A stretch of 18,100 nt of DNA, taken from a virus. The DNA lies in the UHGV virus genome UHGV-0199914. One strand, 5' to 3'. Of the stretch, positions 16,675 to 18,100 are shown one piece after another (the first letter of the stretch is position 1; each line of letters begins with the position of its first letter). Under the pieces are notes generated by a model that saw nothing but the letters and a program-made list of their open reading frames with translations, was not told the DNA's origin and ran no database searches. The position numbers and the translations under genes are program-made.

Positions 16675-16738
16675 GTCGATGTGGTCAATGTGTGGACGTG
16701 ACCAGAAATAAATCCTTTTATTTCATTGTATTACGCGT

Positions 16739-16765
16739 AAAAAATAAGCCCGTGTAAGGGAGATT
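16739..16765. other. probable attR core (AAAAAATAAGCCCGTGTAAGGGAGATT), prophage/host junction
   Basis: Matches the 27-bp P2 att core as I remember it. Lies just past ogr, the last gene at the right prophage end, and coincides with the terminator end of cyaR. Exact boundaries are not verifiable without the attL copy. Confidence 0.5.
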
Positions 16766-16825
16766 ACACAGGCTAAGGAGGTGGTTCCTGGTACAGCTAG
16801 CATTTTATGGGTTATGTTTTTCAGC
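16739..16825 (-). ncRNA. cyaR: CRP-activated Hfq-dependent sRNA CyaR (RyeE)
   Basis: The reverse complement reads GCTGAAAAACATAACCCATAAAATGCTAGCTGTACCAGGAACCACCTCCTTAGCCTGTGTAATCTCCCTTACACGGGCTTATTTTTT, which I recognise as E. coli CyaR, including the CCUCC-containing seed loop and a terminator hairpin with a U-run. It lies between yegQ and ogr, as in E. coli K-12 (yegQ-cyaR-ogrK). Confidence 0.75.
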
Positions 16826-16859
16826 GAAACGGATGATAACCTTAATAAATACAGCTGTA

Positions 16860-16875
16860 TGTGATCGGTTTCTAA
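16860..16875 (-). promoter_or_regulatory. candidate CRP half-consensus site (TGTGA-N6-TCTAA) at class II spacing upstream of cyaR
   Basis: TGTGA at 16860-16864 and a degenerate second half at 16871-16875. Centre is about 42 nt upstream of the inferred cyaR 5' end (16825). A -10-like TATCAT (minus strand) lies near 16831-16836. Confidence 0.35.
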
Positions 16876-16909
16876 GAATTTTCCATCCGGGAAAAATAAT
16901 CGAAATTAA

Positions 16910-18100
16910 TCACTTACCGTGGGGATTACGCGTGGTTTCCCCGGAGAAATTACGCATCAGCAGCGCGTAATTGAGCTCAAGATCCTGCGGGACCGGGAGC
17001 CACACAGTATAACCATCGCCTGGTGCTATCGGCATAGCTTCGCCTTTGGCGTTTTCCATGTGCTCAAGGGTAAAATTAATGTTGCCTTGCGGCGTCATCA
17101 GCTCAAGGCTGTCGCCAACGGAGAATTTATTTTTCACCGCTACCGCCGCGAGGTCCCCCTTGCGCTCACCGGTAAACTCACCAACAAACTGCTGGCGGTC
17201 AGAAACTGAATAACCGTATTCGTAGTTCTGATAATCGTCGTGAGTATGACGACGCAGGAAACCTTCGGTATAGCCACGATGCGCCAGACCTTCCAGAGTT
17301 TCCAGCAGGCTGGTATCGAACGGTTTTCCCGCAGCGGCGTCATCGATAGCTTTGCGGTAAACCTGTGCGGTGCGTGCACAATAGTAGAAAGATTTGGTAC
17401 GACCTTCGATTTTCAGCGAATGCACGCCCATTTTGGTCAGGCGTTCTACATGGGCGATGGCGCGCAGATCTTTCGAGTTCATGATGTAAGTGCCGTGCTC
17501 ATCTTCAAACGCGGTCATATACTCGCCCGGACGCTGGGCCTCTTCGATCATAAACACTTTGTCGGTTGGTGCGCCGATACCCAGCGTCGGCTCAACATTT
17601 TGCACCGGAATCGGCTCGTACTTGTGTACGATGTTGCCAACATCATCTTCTTTCCCTTCCTGGACGTTGTACTCCCAGCGGCAGGCGTTGGTGCAGGTGC
17701 CCTGGTTCGGGTCGCGCTTGTTGATATAGCCAGAGAGCAGGCAGCGACCGGAGTAGGCCATGCACAGCGCGCCGTGAACGAAGATCTCGATCTCCATATC
17801 CGGCACCTGATTGCGGATCTCTTCAATCTCTTCCAGCGACAGCTCGCGAGAGAGGATCACGCGGGTCAGGCCCATTTGCTGCCAGAATTTCACCGTCGCC
17901 CAGTTCACGGCGTTAGCCTGCACCGAAAGGTGGATCGGCATTTCAGGGAAGTGCTCACGCACCAGCATAATCAGCCCTGGATCGGACATAATCAGCGCAT
18001 CCGGCCCCATTTCCACCACCGGTTTCAGGTCACGGATAAAGGTTTTCAGCTTGGCGTTGTGCGGTGCAATGTTGACCACGACATAAAACTTTTTCCCCAG
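16910..18100 (-). CDS. yegQ: host peptidase U32-family protein YegQ (partial; N-terminus beyond the window edge)
   Basis: The minus-strand ORF is open to the window edge (...LGKKFYVVVNIAPHNAKLKTFIRDLKPVVEMGPDALIMSDPG...). Sequence recognised as E. coli YegQ; about 55% GC, host-like. The GTG at 18077-18079 used by the ORF track is internal, not the true start. Confidence 0.85.
   Translation of the reverse strand: MGKKFYVVVNIAPHNAKLKTFIRDLKPVVEMGPDALIMSDPGLIMLVREHFPEMPIHLSVQANAVNWATVKFWQQMGLTRVILSRELSLEEIEEIRNQVPDMEIEIFVHGALCMAYSGRCLLSGYINKRDPNQGTCTNACRWEYNVQEGKEDDVGNIVHKYEPIPVQNVEPTLGIGAPTDKVFMIEEAQRPGEYMTAFEDEHGTYIMNSKDLRAIAHVERLTKMGVHSLKIEGRTKSFYYCARTAQVYRKAIDDAAAGKPFDTSLLETLEGLAHRGYTEGFLRRHTHDDYQNYEYGYSVSDRQQFVGEFTGERKGDLAAVAVKNKFSVGDSLELMTPQGNINFTLEHMENAKGEAMPIAPGDGYTVWLPVPQDLELNYALLMRNFSGETTRNPHGK

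Larger units (their letters stand above)
1..16765 (+). mobile_element. P2-like prophage, right arm (lysis cassette through tail genes, ogr, attR); left end lies outside the window
   Basis: Colinear with the P2 late region: lysB/lysC, R, S, V, W, J, I, H, G, FI, FII, E/E', T, U, D, ogr. Product sizes match P2 as I remember it (R 155, S 149, W 115, J 302, I 176, G 175, FI 396, FII 172, E 91, T 815, U 159, D 387, Ogr 72 aa). Ends at a sequence I recall as the P2 att core, next to host cyaR/yegQ. Confidence 0.85.

Noticed and set aside
1-18100. CRISPR arrays, tRNA or rRNA genes
   Set aside because: No regularly spaced direct repeats with unique spacers, no tRNA-like cloverleaf adjacent to the att core (the integration site here is the cyaR 3' end), and no rRNA-like sequence seen by eye.

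Overview
This window is the right arm of a P2-like (Peduovirus-type) prophage in an Escherichia-type chromosome, ending at attR inside the 3' end of the host sRNA gene cyaR, followed by host yegQ (partial). All calls rest on reading the ORF translations, gene sizes and synteny against remembered P2 biology; no database search was run. Gene order on the + strand is the canonical P2 late region: LysA C-terminus (partial), LysB/LysC spanins, R, S, V, W, J, I, H, G, FI, FII, E (with E' -1 frameshift extension), T, U, D, ogr. Two AT-rich cargo islands interrupt this roughly 50% GC backbone at positions where P2 itself carries non-essential acquired genes. Island 1 (S/V junction, the P2 orf30 position, about 1560-3283) carries one 508-aa gene with its own sigma70-like promoter and RBS; the protein has an N-terminal P-loop NTPase (Walker A GPSGIGKTT, Walker B VIIDD) fused to a C-terminal TIR-like domain (FALSFAG ... 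SRDYPTRIWCKFE). I consider this the strongest candidate for a compact single-protein anti-phage defence system. Island 2 (G/FI junction, the P2 Z/fun position, 8107-9911) carries one minus-strand 232-aa membrane-anchored protein of unknown function plus about 800 bp of AT-rich sequence with no ORF of 60 aa or more. Other points: a mosaic tail fibre H with three tandem 44-aa repeats and a swapped low-GC distal module, the E/E' slippery site, a + strand terminator and candidate late promoter ahead of FI, and a CRP-like half-site at class II spacing upstream of cyaR. No CRISPR array, tRNA or rRNA was seen.
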